A DNA stretch of 64,000 bases. Origin: Candidatus Arcticimaribacter sp. GTDB lineage: Bacteria > Bacteroidota > Bacteroidia > Flavobacteriales > Flavobacteriaceae. Below are positions 50,093 to 59,113 of this stretch, one piece after another. Position 1 is the stretch's first letter. Each line of letters starts with the position of its first letter. The notes beneath the pieces are model-generated. The model was not told the origin of the DNA. It worked only from the letters and a program-made list of their open reading frames with translations, and made no database searches. The stretch covers positions 28,176 through 92,175 of the forward strand of contig CBFHVC010000004.1 of the NCBI GenBank assembly GCA_965659515.1, written 5' to 3'. Position numbers and translations under genes: made by a program.

Positions 50093-50647
50093 TTATTTCG
50101 AATCTTGCGGACTTGCTTGTTTTTTTAGCGCTTTCAATTGAACAGTAAAACGAAGGGGCTGATTAATGCCGATTTTTTCACCATCTCCTTGATATCCATA
50201 GCCCAAAAAAGAGGGCATTAGGAAAACACCAATATCCCCCATGCTTAAGTCTTTTACTGCATAGCGTAAGGCGGGTAACAATTCTTCTTTATCGACCAGA
50301 TAGTCCACCGTGCCTAATTCCATTTCATCATAAAGCACTTCTCCTGTTAAGGTTTGTATTTTATAATTGAATTTGACCAAATCTCCCCGTTTCGGATGGG
50401 CTATTTTATCGCCTTTTTGTTGGTAAGCAAACCAATAGCCTAGCGGGGAAGCGGTAAAAGACAAGAGGGTGTCTTGTTCTATTACCTTTTTAAAGTACAA
50501 TTGTTGTTGGGCATTGATCTTTTTATTGCGATCAATAGATTCCTCCATTTCACTATTGCCACTGCGATAGATGGGCTTTCTGGCGGCTTGCTCTTGACAA
50601 GCCAGCACCAAGAAAAGGGCGGTTAATAAAAGAAAGCTTTTTTTCAT
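50093..50647 (-). CDS. gldI: FKBP-type peptidylprolyl isomerase lipoprotein, GldI-like (gliding motility-associated)
   Basis: 184 aa. It has the lipobox LVLACQ and an FKBP-like C-terminal half (GDLVKFNYKIQTLTGEVLYD...MGDIGVFLMPSFLGYGYQG...LRFTVQLKAL). Its size and layout match F. johnsoniae GldI as I recall it. Confidence 0.6.
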   Translation of the reverse strand: MKKSFLLLTALFLVLACQEQAARKPIYRSGNSEMEESIDRNKKINAQQQLYFKKVIEQDTLLSFTASPLGYWFAYQQKGDKIAHPKRGDLVKFNYKIQTLTGEVLYDEMELGTVDYLVDKEELLPALRYAVKDLSMGDIGVFLMPSFLGYGYQGDGEKIGINQPLRFTVQLKALKKQASPQDSK

Positions 50648-51654
50648 TAGCGTAAGGTAGGGTTGGCTAAAATGGCTTTTTCAAGCGCTAGGCGTGTGTC
50701 TTCAAGCGATTTGGTCGACATTCCACCCGCAGCATTAAAGTGCCCTCCGCCATTAAAATGGGTTCTTGCAAAAGTGTTAACATCAAATTGATCCTTTGAT
50801 CGAAAAGACATTTTGATGATCCCTTCTTGTTTGTTTTCAATCATAATCACGGCTAATTCCACCCCATCAAGGCTTAAGCCATAATTGACAAAGCCTTCTG
50901 TATCTCCTTTTTGGAAATCACATGAATTGAGTTCCTCTTGACTTAAATAGGTGTAAACCGCAGCTAGTGAATCGATGCGTTTTAGATTTTTTAATGCAAT
51001 GCCTAAAAGTTGGAGACGCTCAAAGCGATAGCTGTCATAAATTTGTTGGTGAATTTGCGTATGCTTTACCCCAAGTTCCAGTAACTGGGCTACAATTTTA
51101 TGGGTGGTCGCTGTGGTAGAGGAAAAACGAAAAGAGCCGCTGTCGGTCATCATTCCCGTATAAATACATGTCGCTATTGTTGAATCAAGCAAGCTTTTAT
51201 CCCAATGTTTCAAAACGTTAAAAATCATTTCACAAGTAGAGCCAATAGCAGGGTTGGAGTACTGCAAGTGCGCATATGCTTGTGGGGCTTCATGGTGATC
51301 GATCATTACAATAGGGACCGTTGTTTTTTCAATTCGCTTATCCAAAGGCGCAATTCTTCCCAGGGCATTAAAATCAAGGGTAAAAAAAACGGTTGCTTCT
51401 TCAATAAGCGTTTCACATTGCTCTGGTGTTTTGGAAAAACATTGAATCTTGTCCTGTCCGGGCATCCATGCAAGAAACTTCGGATAGTCGTTTGGGGAAA
51501 TGACATGGCATTGATGTCCTTGTTTTTTTAAAAAATGCCATAGGGCCAAAGTGCTTCCAAGCGCATCGCCATCTGGATTTCTATGGGGAAAAATAACACA
51601 GTTTTGAGGTGTGGAAAGCAAGTCTTTCAGCTGCGCGGTAAATTCTTTATACAT
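50647..51654 (-). CDS. nrnA: DHH-family phosphoesterase (NrnA-type oligoribonuclease/pAp phosphatase)
   Basis: Motifs HRNPDGDALGS, DHH (MIDHHEAP) and DHHA1 GGGHFNAAG. 335 aa. Confidence 0.82.
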   Translation of the reverse strand: MYKEFTAQLKDLLSTPQNCVIFPHRNPDGDALGSTLALWHFLKKQGHQCHVISPNDYPKFLAWMPGQDKIQCFSKTPEQCETLIEEATVFFTLDFNALGRIAPLDKRIEKTTVPIVMIDHHEAPQAYAHLQYSNPAIGSTCEMIFNVLKHWDKSLLDSTIATCIYTGMMTDSGSFRFSSTTATTHKIVAQLLELGVKHTQIHQQIYDSYRFERLQLLGIALKNLKRIDSLAAVYTYLSQEELNSCDFQKGDTEGFVNYGLSLDGVELAVIMIENKQEGIIKMSFRSKDQFDVNTFARTHFNGGGHFNAAGGMSTKSLEDTRLALEKAILANPTLR

Positions 51655-51661
51655 AACAGTT

Positions 51662-51669
51662 CAAATATA
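51662..51669 (-). promoter_or_regulatory. -7 box (TATATTTG) upstream of nrnA
   Basis: Exact TAnnTTTG on the minus strand, 7 nt before the ATG at 51654. Confidence 0.45.
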
Positions 51670-51746
51670 CCAAACCTACAAGAGTAATAAAAGTAAAAGC
51701 ATTTGAATAATTAAAGGGCTAAAATTCGGAAGCTGAGATATTTTGT

Positions 51747-51754
51747 TACATTTG
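51747..51754 (+). promoter_or_regulatory. -7 box (TACATTTG) upstream of ndk
   Basis: Exact TAnnTTTG, 18 nt before ATG 51773, with an A-rich leader (CACAAAAAAAAGACT). Confidence 0.5.
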
Positions 51755-51772
51755 CAGCACAAAAAAAAGACT

Positions 51773-52192
51773 ATGACAACGAATAGAACATTTACCATGA
51801 TTAAGCCTGACGGCGTTGAAAACGGTCATACAGGTGCTATCTTAGAAAAAATTACCGCTGCAGGATTCCGCATTGTTGCTTTGAAAAAAACGCAACTGTC
51901 TAAAGCTGATGCAGAGGCCTTTTACAGCGTTCACAATGAGCGCCCGTTTTTTGGAGAATTGGTCGCCTTTATGACCCGTGGTCCTATCATTGCAGCCATC
52001 CTAGAAAAAGACAATGCCGTAAATGATTTTAGAACCTTAATCGGTGCAACCAATCCAGCAGATGCTGCAGAAGGTACTATCCGTAAGCTCTATGCGACTT
52101 CCATGGGAGAAAATGCAGTTCACGGTTCAGACAGCGATGAAAATGCTGCCATTGAAGGGGCATTCCACTTTTCTGGAAGAGAAATTTTTTAG
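51773..52192 (+). CDS. ndk: Nucleoside-diphosphate kinase
   Basis: The canonical [11 protein letters not shown]-terminus begins at ATG 51773; the track start is 51743. The active-site motif NAVHGSD is present. Confidence 0.95.
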   Translation: MTTNRTFTMIKPDGVENGHTGAILEKITAAGFRIVALKKTQLSKADAEAFYSVHNERPFFGELVAFMTRGPIIAAILEKDNAVNDFRTLIGATNPADAAEGTIRKLYATSMGENAVHGSDSDENAAIEGAFHFSGREIF

Positions 52193-52491
52193 CGTAAAAT
52201 AATTTTTTGAATCTCATCAGATCCTAAAGCATCGTTCAGGTGTTTTAGGATTTTTTCTTTCCCATAAGACAACTCCTCTCTTAATGGTGCAGAAGTAAGG
52301 TGAATGTATAGGGTTTTTCCTCTGAGAGAAATATCCTGGGTGTATTGACTTACATTAGCCCCCACCGTGGCCGCCCATGCTTCTTTTATTTTGATTTGAT
52401 TGAGCCCTTTGGCGAGGTTGCGCTGTTCTGTTATTTGTTGCAACACCGTATTTAGGGACTGGGGTTCAAAAGAGCGTTCTTTTTTTGCCAT
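52189..52491 (-). CDS. DUF721 (DciA-like) domain protein
   Basis: 100 aa, located next to recF as is typical for DUF721 (W..AVG..V...T....L..G.L.I...S.....EL pattern: [37 protein letters not shown]). Confidence 0.6.
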   Translation of the reverse strand: MAKKERSFEPQSLNTVLQQITEQRNLAKGLNQIKIKEAWAATVGANVSQYTQDISLRGKTLYIHLTSAPLREELSYGKEKILKHLNDALGSDEIQKIILR

Positions 52492-52922
52492 TATAGGGTG
52501 ATTTTTTGATGGCGTTTGTAGTGGTAGGTTTTGTCGCTATGGAAGAGAACAAGTTCTGTTGCATTCAGGGTTTTAATTTCTTCTTCCCATTTTTCTAATG
52601 GACTTGAAAACTGAAGGAAATACTTCCCTTTTTTTGAGATCAATTGATATTGAATGCGCGCTTCAGAGCTGTTGTATTTTTCGTAAAAGGTCGGTGCCAT
52701 TTTCTTTTTATAGCCAATAGTGTCATTGATCATTTGGTAATAATCAACTGTTGGAGCATTGCCTTTCGGTTGGAAAACTTCACCATGAGCTTCTACCGAA
52801 GCAATTTCCCAATAACCTTGCAAATGCTTAAGATCGCTATTGTTTACTGTGGTGCAAGCTGTTGTGACCAAGCTGATGAAAAACAGAAAAAGAAAGGATT
52901 TACGCATAAGACGAAGGTACAA
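52491..52922 (-). CDS. Small lipoprotein, function unknown
   Basis: 143 aa with a signal peptide and lipobox (FLFLFFISLVTTACTT). The start may instead be the second Met at 52907. I recognise no motif. Confidence 0.55.
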   Translation of the reverse strand: MYLRLMRKSFLFLFFISLVTTACTTVNNSDLKHLQGYWEIASVEAHGEVFQPKGNAPTVDYYQMINDTIGYKKKMAPTFYEKYNSSEARIQYQLISKKGKYFLQFSSPLEKWEEEIKTLNATELVLFHSDKTYHYKRHQKITL

Positions 52923-52924
52923 GT

Positions 52925-54007
52925 TTATTCTAATTCAAAAAGCGAATAGGACAATTGGGTTGTGTTTAATGCCGTTAGGGTGCGCTCTTGGTGGGTGTCT
53001 GAAAGAAACAATTGGCCAAAATGATTGCTTTCCACCAATTGCATGATTAACCCAACACGCTCTTGATCTAGCTTGTCAAAAACATCATCTAAAAGTACAA
53101 TAGGCGGGACGTTTGCTTTGGTTTTAATAAAGTCAAACTGGGCCAGTTTTAAAGCGATTAAAAAGGATTTTTGTTGCCCTTGGCTGCCAAATTTTTTGAT
53201 GGGTTGTTGGTGAATTAAAAAAGCCAAATCTTCTTTATGGGGGCCAGTAGTAGTGAATTGAGCGCTGCGGTCTTTGGAAAGATTCCGTTTAAGCAGCTCG
53301 CTATAATCAACCTCATGTAAATCACTTTGGTATTCTATATCAATCACTTCGTGGCTTTTGCTAATGCTTTTATAGTGCTTTTTTACAATGGGAATAAAGC
53401 TGTCTAAAAAAAGTTTTCTTTTTTCATATATAGTTGTCCCTAGTGCAATGATTTGATCATCGTAAAGCGATAAGGTTTCTTGATCAAAGGTTTGGTTGGC
53501 CACAAAATATTTGAGTAAAGCGTTGCGTTGTACAATTGCTTTGTTGTATTGCAAAAGATCTTTGAGGTAGGCTTTGTCTGTTTGCCCCATCACGCCATCG
53601 ATAAATTTTCTGCGGGTGCTGCTGCCTTCGGTGATTAAGTCGCGATCTGCTGGGGAAATGATTACCAACGGGAGTAGACCAATATGGTCGGCAAGTCTGT
53701 CATAGGCTTTGCCATTGCGTTTCATGGTTTTTTTATGCCCTTTCTTAAGACTGCATAGAATCCGCTCTTCTTTTCCTTCCCGTTCAAAATGGCCTTCTAG
53801 CATAAAAAACGCTTTGTCAAATTGAATGTTCTGAACTGCAGATGGGTTAAAATACCCCTTGCCGAAACACAGGTGATAAATGGCATCTAACACATTGGAT
53901 TTTCCCACCCCATTTTTACCGATAAAGCAGTTGATGCGCGCATCAAATTTATAGGATGCAGCGGTGATATTCTTATAGTTTGTTAGCGTGAGCGCAGTTA
54001 ATTTCAT
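52925..54007 (-). CDS. recF: DNA replication and repair protein RecF
   Basis: The canonical MKLTALTLTNYKN begins at ATG 54007; the track start is 54028. It has Walker A GKNGVGKSN, the signature GSQGQQKS and Walker B VLLDDV. Confidence 0.92.
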   Translation of the reverse strand: MKLTALTLTNYKNITAASYKFDARINCFIGKNGVGKSNVLDAIYHLCFGKGYFNPSAVQNIQFDKAFFMLEGHFEREGKEERILCSLKKGHKKTMKRNGKAYDRLADHIGLLPLVIISPADRDLITEGSSTRRKFIDGVMGQTDKAYLKDLLQYNKAIVQRNALLKYFVANQTFDQETLSLYDDQIIALGTTIYEKRKLFLDSFIPIVKKHYKSISKSHEVIDIEYQSDLHEVDYSELLKRNLSKDRSAQFTTTGPHKEDLAFLIHQQPIKKFGSQGQQKSFLIALKLAQFDFIKTKANVPPIVLLDDVFDKLDQERVGLIMQLVESNHFGQLFLSDTHQERTLTALNTTQLSYSLFELE

Positions 54008-54059
54008 CGCCGCTAAGATAAGAAACACAAAGGGGCTTTTACGATTGGAATAAAAAGTT

Positions 54060-54067
54060 TATTTTTG
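54060..54067 (+). promoter_or_regulatory. -7 box (TATTTTTG) upstream of the TPR-like gene/ribH operon
   Basis: Exact TAnnTTTG, 22 nt before ATG 54090. Confidence 0.5.
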
Positions 54068-54089
54068 GGCTCTTAAACATAAAGAAACC

Positions 54090-54851
54090 ATGGCAACATA
54101 TAAAAAACGCGGTGCAAAAAAATCAATTGCAAAGCCACAAGTAGAAGAACAAGAAGTAGAAAGCACAACGGCTGAGGTCTTTGAATCGCTTGACACTAGC
54201 GCTTCTAAAACAGAAGAATTTGTTGCGAATAACCAAAATGTTATTTTATCGCTCATTGGTGCAATTACAGTTGTGGTTTTGGGTTATTTGGCTTACGATG
54301 CTTATGTTTTAACCCCACAAAAAGCAACAGCAGTTTCTGAATTGAACCAAGCACAGTACTACTTTAATCTCGCAGTGAATGGAGAAGAAAGCAATGCTTT
54401 GTATGAAAGAGCCATTAATGGAGGAGACGGGAAATACGGTTTCTTAGATATTATTGAAAACTATAGCGGTACGCCAGCTGCTGGCCTAGCACAATACAGT
54501 ACTGGTATGGCTTATTTAAATACGCAACAGTACGAGAAGGCGATTGGCTTTTTAGAAGATTTTAGCTCTGCCGATGTATTATTGTCTGCACTGGCCAAAG
54601 GTGCTTTGGGTGATGCGTATGCGCAACTAGGTCAAGAAAGTAAAGCACTTCAAGCTTATAAAGCTGCCTTCAATGCAAGTACCAACGACTTCACTACCCC
54701 TAAATACCTTTTTAAAGCAGGACTGATTGGGGCAAATTTGAATAAAACAAGCGAAGCATTAGGCTTCTTTAAACGCATCAAAGCAGAATTTCCTTCAGCG
54801 CCAGAAGCAGCGCAAATTGACATTCAAATTGGGCGTTTAGAAAACCAATAA
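54090..54851 (+). CDS. Membrane-anchored TPR-like protein (YfgM-like architecture)
   Basis: 253 aa: a charged N-terminus, one TM segment (VILSLIGAITVVVLGYLAY), then TPR-like helices (MAYLNTQQYEKAIGFLEDF..., GDAYAQLGQESKALQAYKAA). Confidence 0.65.
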   Translation: MATYKKRGAKKSIAKPQVEEQEVESTTAEVFESLDTSASKTEEFVANNQNVILSLIGAITVVVLGYLAYDAYVLTPQKATAVSELNQAQYYFNLAVNGEESNALYERAINGGDGKYGFLDIIENYSGTPAAGLAQYSTGMAYLNTQQYEKAIGFLEDFSSADVLLSALAKGALGDAYAQLGQESKALQAYKAAFNASTNDFTTPKYLFKAGLIGANLNKTSEALGFFKRIKAEFPSAPEAAQIDIQIGRLENQ

Positions 54852-54854
54852 TTC

Positions 54855-55337
54855 ATGGCTACAGCCTTAAGTAATTTATCTGATTTTAATGCAGAAGAAG
54901 TTCCTTCTGGCGAAAACTATAGTGTAGCTTTAGTTGTAGCTGAATGGAATAGCCAAATCACAGAGAATTTATTCTTAGGAGCAAAACAAGCCCTTATTGC
55001 CTGCGGAGTAAAAGAAGAAAACCTGCACCGCACCAATGTTCCTGGCAGTTTTGAGTTGGTCTTTGGTGCCAAGAAAGCCCTAGAAAAACAAGTAGATGCC
55101 GTCATTGTAATAGGAAGTGTAATTCAAGGAGAAACAAAACATTTTGATTTCGTTTGTCAAGGCGTTACTCAAGGAATTGTATCCCTTAATTTATCTGCAA
55201 AACAGCCAGTTGTTTTTTGTGTTTTGACTGACAACACCCTGCAGCAGGCAATAGACCGCAGTGGGGGGCAACATGGAAATAAAGGTGTTGAAGCAGCAGT
55301 TACAGCCCTAAAAATGATTACACTGGCCCAGCAATAG
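54855..55337 (+). CDS. ribH: 6,7-dimethyl-8-ribityllumazine synthase
   Basis: 160 aa with VPGSFELV, IQGETKHFDFV and NKGVEAA motifs. Confidence 0.92.
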   Translation: MATALSNLSDFNAEEVPSGENYSVALVVAEWNSQITENLFLGAKQALIACGVKEENLHRTNVPGSFELVFGAKKALEKQVDAVIVIGSVIQGETKHFDFVCQGVTQGIVSLNLSAKQPVVFCVLTDNTLQQAIDRSGGQHGNKGVEAAVTALKMITLAQQ

Positions 55338-55402
55338 GCTTTTTCCGGCTTTTTATCAAAATCCTTTTTGGGAAAAAATGTACTTTAGAGAAAAGAACGC
55401 CT

Positions 55403-55693
55403 ATGTTAAAATCCAATCTTTTTAAGCTGAATCGCAACCGAAGGTATAACTATACCCCTCGCTATTATCAAGGGAAAGAAATTGAAAACCCTTATGATTT
55501 TGATTCGACCTTTAACAAGTATAGAGACACCTATAATACCAATGATTTTGGGAAAAAGTGGCAAGAAGCAAGAACGGCAAGTCGCAACCGAAATAACCGT
55601 TCTTTTTCGCCAACACTTTTAATCATTATAGCCATTCTGGTCTTGTTGTTTTTATACATCATTGACTTTGATCTCTCTATATTCCGCTATTAA
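55403..55693 (+). CDS. Small basic protein with C-terminal TM anchor, function unknown
   Basis: 96 aa. The N-terminal two-thirds are Arg/Asn/Tyr-rich, followed by LLIIIAILVLLFLYII. It fills the gap between ribH and mutL. Confidence 0.45.
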   Translation: MLKSNLFKLNRNRRYNYTPRYYQGKEIENPYDFDSTFNKYRDTYNTNDFGKKWQEARTASRNRNNRSFSPTLLIIIAILVLLFLYIIDFDLSIFRY

Positions 55694-55696
55694 TTT

Positions 55697-57493
55697 ATGG
55701 GAGATATAATCGCTTTACTTCCCGATCATGTTGCCAATCAAATTGCTGCTGGAGAAGTGGTCCAACGTCCCGCCTCAGTCGTAAAAGAACTGTTGGAAAA
55801 TGCCATTGATGCAAAGGCAGACAAGATTCAATTAATCGTAAAGGAAGCCGGAAAGCAATTGATTCAAGTAGTCGACAATGGTTTAGGCATGAGTGCCACC
55901 GATGCGCGCTTGGCTTTTGAGCGCCATGCTACCTCAAAAATAAAACAGTCTGATGATTTATTCGCGCTTCACACAAAAGGCTTTAGGGGAGAAGCTTTGG
56001 CCTCTATTGCTGCTGTAGCTCAGGTAGAAATGCACACCAGAAGAGCAGAAGATGAATTGGCTACGAAAATTAAAATTGCCGGTGGAGAAATTAAAGAGCA
56101 AGAACTTTTGGTCGCTCCAGTGGGTACTTCAATGTCTGTGCGTAATTTATTTTTTAACGTTCCAGCTAGGCGTAATTTTTTAAAGTCAAATACCGTAGAG
56201 TTAAGGCATATTATCGACGAATTTCACCGTGTTGCCATAGCGCATCCGGAACTGAGCTTTTCCATGATTCATGGGGGCGCTGAGCTGTTTGATCTCCCAG
56301 CCGGAAAATTGAAGCAGCGGCTTGTTCATATATTTGGAAGTAAAATTGAAGATAAATTGGTACCGGTTGAAGAAAACACCTCTGTTTCGGCGATTAACGG
56401 TTTTGTTTTAAAACCAGAAGCAGCAAAGCGAAGTAGAGGTATGCAGTTTTTCTTTGTCAACCGAAGATTTGTCAAAAGCAGTTTTCTTCATCACGCCATA
56501 AGTAACGCTTATGAAGGCTTGTTGCATGATGGTGTTTATCCCGGTTATTTCCTTTTTTTTGATTTAGCCCCCGATTCCATTGACATTAATATTCACCCGA
56601 CGAAAACGGAAGTTAAATTTGAAAATGAACAAAGTTTATTTGCCATTTTGCGTTCGGCAGTTAAACACAGTTTAGGGATGTTTCAAGTCAGTCCTACCTT
56701 AGACTTTGAGCGTGACCCAAATTTAGATGTACCTTATCAACAAGTCGAGCGTTCTGCGGTAGCCCCTAAAATAGAAGTAGACCGCAGTTTTAATCCGTTT
56801 ACTAATGGAACACCACAATCTTTTTCTTCCAAACTGAGTCCGCAATGGGAAACCTTATATCAAGAGGTAGGAAGTACAGAGTCTACAGCGATGAGTTTAC
56901 TGTCTTCTTCAGCCGAAGCGGAAGCCATGGGAGAGCAAAAAATATTTCAGTTGATGAATCGCTATGTGGTAAGCGCTACTGGCGCGGCACTTTTATTGAT
57001 TGATCAACAAAGAGCGCACGAACGAGTTTTATATGAGTTTTTTCTGGCCAATGTAACCCATGCAAATTCTGCAAGTCAACAATTGCTTTTTCCGCTAGAA
57101 ATTCCCTTAACGGCGCTTCAAGTAGGCTTATTCGATGCCTACCAAAGTTTATTGACAGCCGTAGGCTTTAACTTAGGAGAACAAAAAGGGAATACCATCA
57201 CGGTTATAGGTATCCCTAGTGTTTGTTCAGAAAATGCCGCAATCAAGGTGTTTGAAGATTTGTTTTCCGCCCTTGAAAATGATACACCTGAAGACACATT
57301 TTCCCAAACGGATGTTTTGGTAAAATCGCTTACCAAAACCTTGTCGATTAAGCGCGGGAAGAATTTAAAAATAGAAGAGCAACAACGCTTGATTAACGAT
57401 TTATTTGCTTGTAAAGAAACACAGCTATCACCATTTAATCGGCAGATTTTTGTTTCTTTGACAAAAGAAGAATTAGAAAAAAAATTCAGCTAA
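55697..57493 (+). CDS. mutL: DNA mismatch repair protein MutL
   Basis: GHKL ATPase motifs (IAAGEVVQRPASVVKELLENAIDA, DNGLGM, GFRGEALASI) and a C-terminal dimerisation domain. 598 aa. Confidence 0.95.
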   Translation: MGDIIALLPDHVANQIAAGEVVQRPASVVKELLENAIDAKADKIQLIVKEAGKQLIQVVDNGLGMSATDARLAFERHATSKIKQSDDLFALHTKGFRGEALASIAAVAQVEMHTRRAEDELATKIKIAGGEIKEQELLVAPVGTSMSVRNLFFNVPARRNFLKSNTVELRHIIDEFHRVAIAHPELSFSMIHGGAELFDLPAGKLKQRLVHIFGSKIEDKLVPVEENTSVSAINGFVLKPEAAKRSRGMQFFFVNRRFVKSSFLHHAISNAYEGLLHDGVYPGYFLFFDLAPDSIDINIHPTKTEVKFENEQSLFAILRSAVKHSLGMFQVSPTLDFERDPNLDVPYQQVERSAVAPKIEVDRSFNPFTNGTPQSFSSKLSPQWETLYQEVGSTESTAMSLLSSSAEAEAMGEQKIFQLMNRYVVSATGAALLLIDQQRAHERVLYEFFLANVTHANSASQQLLFPLEIPLTALQVGLFDAYQSLLTAVGFNLGEQKGNTITVIGIPSVCSENAAIKVFEDLFSALENDTPEDTFSQTDVLVKSLTKTLSIKRGKNLKIEEQQRLINDLFACKETQLSPFNRQIFVSLTKEELEKKFS

Positions 57494-58230
57494 TGCGGGG
57501 GATAACAGATACGGTAAAGCACTTGTTGATCATCAACGGAATTTTCTTTTTTGCTGCAGCAATTTTGGGCAATGCTTTTATTGAACAAACAGCACTCCAT
57601 TTTTATCTCAATCCTTCTTTTCAAATATGGCAACCCTTAACCCATATGTTTATGCATGGGGGAATGTCGCATATTTTTTTCAATATGTTTGGTTTGTGGA
57701 TGTTTGGTTCTCCTTTAGAACAATTGTGGGGAAGGAAAAAATTCTTGTTTTATTATTTTTCCGCTGGTTTAGGCGCAGCTTTATTTCAAATGGCTGCTTA
57801 TGCTTATCAATTTAATGGTATAACTGCTGTCTTAAATGAGGCAGGCTTTACAACCCAAGAAATTATAAATTCAATTGCCATTGGCGAGATTGGCAACGGC
57901 TGGTTGCAGTTTGTTTCAATGCCAGCGTTGCAAACGGCCTATGACGCTTACACCGCCTCTATGGTAGGTGCATCAGGCGCCCTATATGGGATATTGGTTG
58001 CCTTTGCGTTTATGTTTCCCAATGTCGCTTTATTTTTAATGTTTATTCCTATCCCCATTAAAGCTAAATATTTTGTTCCAATTTTAATTGTGGGAGATTT
58101 GTTCCTTGGGTTTTCTTCCTATTCTATAGGTCCCATTGCCCATTTTGCGCATGTTGGTGGAGCAGTGACAGGCTTCTTAATGATGTATTATTGGAAAAAA
58201 AATCAGTTCAATCAAAATCGTTGGAATTAG
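57493..58230 (+). CDS. Rhomboid-family intramembrane serine protease
   Basis: 245 aa and polytopic, with HMFMHGGMSHIFFNM, catalytic Ser in GASGALYG and His in AHVGG. Its start overlaps the mutL stop (TAATG). Confidence 0.85.
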   Translation: MRGITDTVKHLLIINGIFFFAAAILGNAFIEQTALHFYLNPSFQIWQPLTHMFMHGGMSHIFFNMFGLWMFGSPLEQLWGRKKFLFYYFSAGLGAALFQMAAYAYQFNGITAVLNEAGFTTQEIINSIAIGEIGNGWLQFVSMPALQTAYDAYTASMVGASGALYGILVAFAFMFPNVALFLMFIPIPIKAKYFVPILIVGDLFLGFSSYSIGPIAHFAHVGGAVTGFLMMYYWKKNQFNQNRWN

Positions 58231-58231
58231 T

Positions 58232-59092
58232 ATGCGTCGTTATCGTTCATTGCGGAATCGTTTTAGTCAGTTTAATATTGCAGAGAAGCTCATTTTAATT
58301 AATGTAGTTTGTTTTGTTGTGCCCTTTTTTCTGCGTTCCATTTTCTTTTTATTCAATTTACCCGAGCAAAGTTTTTTCAATGTTTTTGAGCTTTCTCCAG
58401 CCATAGATGAACTCTTATTTAAGCCATGGACTTTATTGACCTATGGTTTTTTACACAATAGTATTCGCCATATTTTTTGGAATATGTTATTGCTGTATTA
58501 TGCCGCTCAATTCTTTTTAAACCTGTTTTCTTCCCAGCGATTTATCAATGTATACTTTATGGGAATTTTGGTTGGAGGACTTGTTTTTATACTCAGCTAT
58601 GCGATTTTTCCCGTATTTAAGGGGCAATCTCCTAGCATGGTTGGCGCTTCGGCTGGCGTAATGGCGGTTTTAATCTTTTGTTGTACCTACACCCCCAATC
58701 AGGAAGTGCGTCTTTTGTTTTTTAACGTCAAGTTAATGTATGTCGGAATAGCCTTGGTTGTGGTGGATGTTTTACAAATACGTTCCGGGAATTCTGGCGG
58801 TCATCTCGCCCATATAGGTGGAGCTGCTTTGGGGTATTTTTACGCACAGCAATTGCAAAATGGGAAAGATATTGGCAGTGGTTTTGAACGACTTTGGAAA
58901 TGGTTTTCTGGTTTAGCGAATGCAGGTTCAAAAATGGAAACTATTTATAAAAAACCCAGAAATAAAGCTGCCAAAAAAGCCACCACTGACCAAGCCAAAA
59001 TTGATCGTATTCTGGATAAAATAAGCGCCTCTGGTTATGACAGTCTGTCAAAGGCTGAAAAAGAATTTTTGTTTAAAGCTGGTAAAAAATAA
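58232..59092 (+). CDS. Rhomboid-family intramembrane serine protease with C-terminal cytoplasmic tail
   Basis: 286 aa with HNSIRHIFWNM, GASAGVMA and AHIGGA. An extra ~70-aa basic tail ends in SGYDSLSKAEKEFLFKAGKK. Confidence 0.8.
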   Translation: MRRYRSLRNRFSQFNIAEKLILINVVCFVVPFFLRSIFFLFNLPEQSFFNVFELSPAIDELLFKPWTLLTYGFLHNSIRHIFWNMLLLYYAAQFFLNLFSSQRFINVYFMGILVGGLVFILSYAIFPVFKGQSPSMVGASAGVMAVLIFCCTYTPNQEVRLLFFNVKLMYVGIALVVVDVLQIRSGNSGGHLAHIGGAALGYFYAQQLQNGKDIGSGFERLWKWFSGLANAGSKMETIYKKPRNKAAKKATTDQAKIDRILDKISASGYDSLSKAEKEFLFKAGKK

Positions 59093-59113
59093 TCTTCCCC
59101 CAAAAGCATTTTT

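Noticed and set aside
54852-54854. Expected an FMN riboswitch upstream of ribH.
   Set aside because: ribH starts 3 nt after the preceding TPR-like gene, so there is no room for a ~130-nt aptamer. The 82-bp region upstream of the operon shows only a -7 box.
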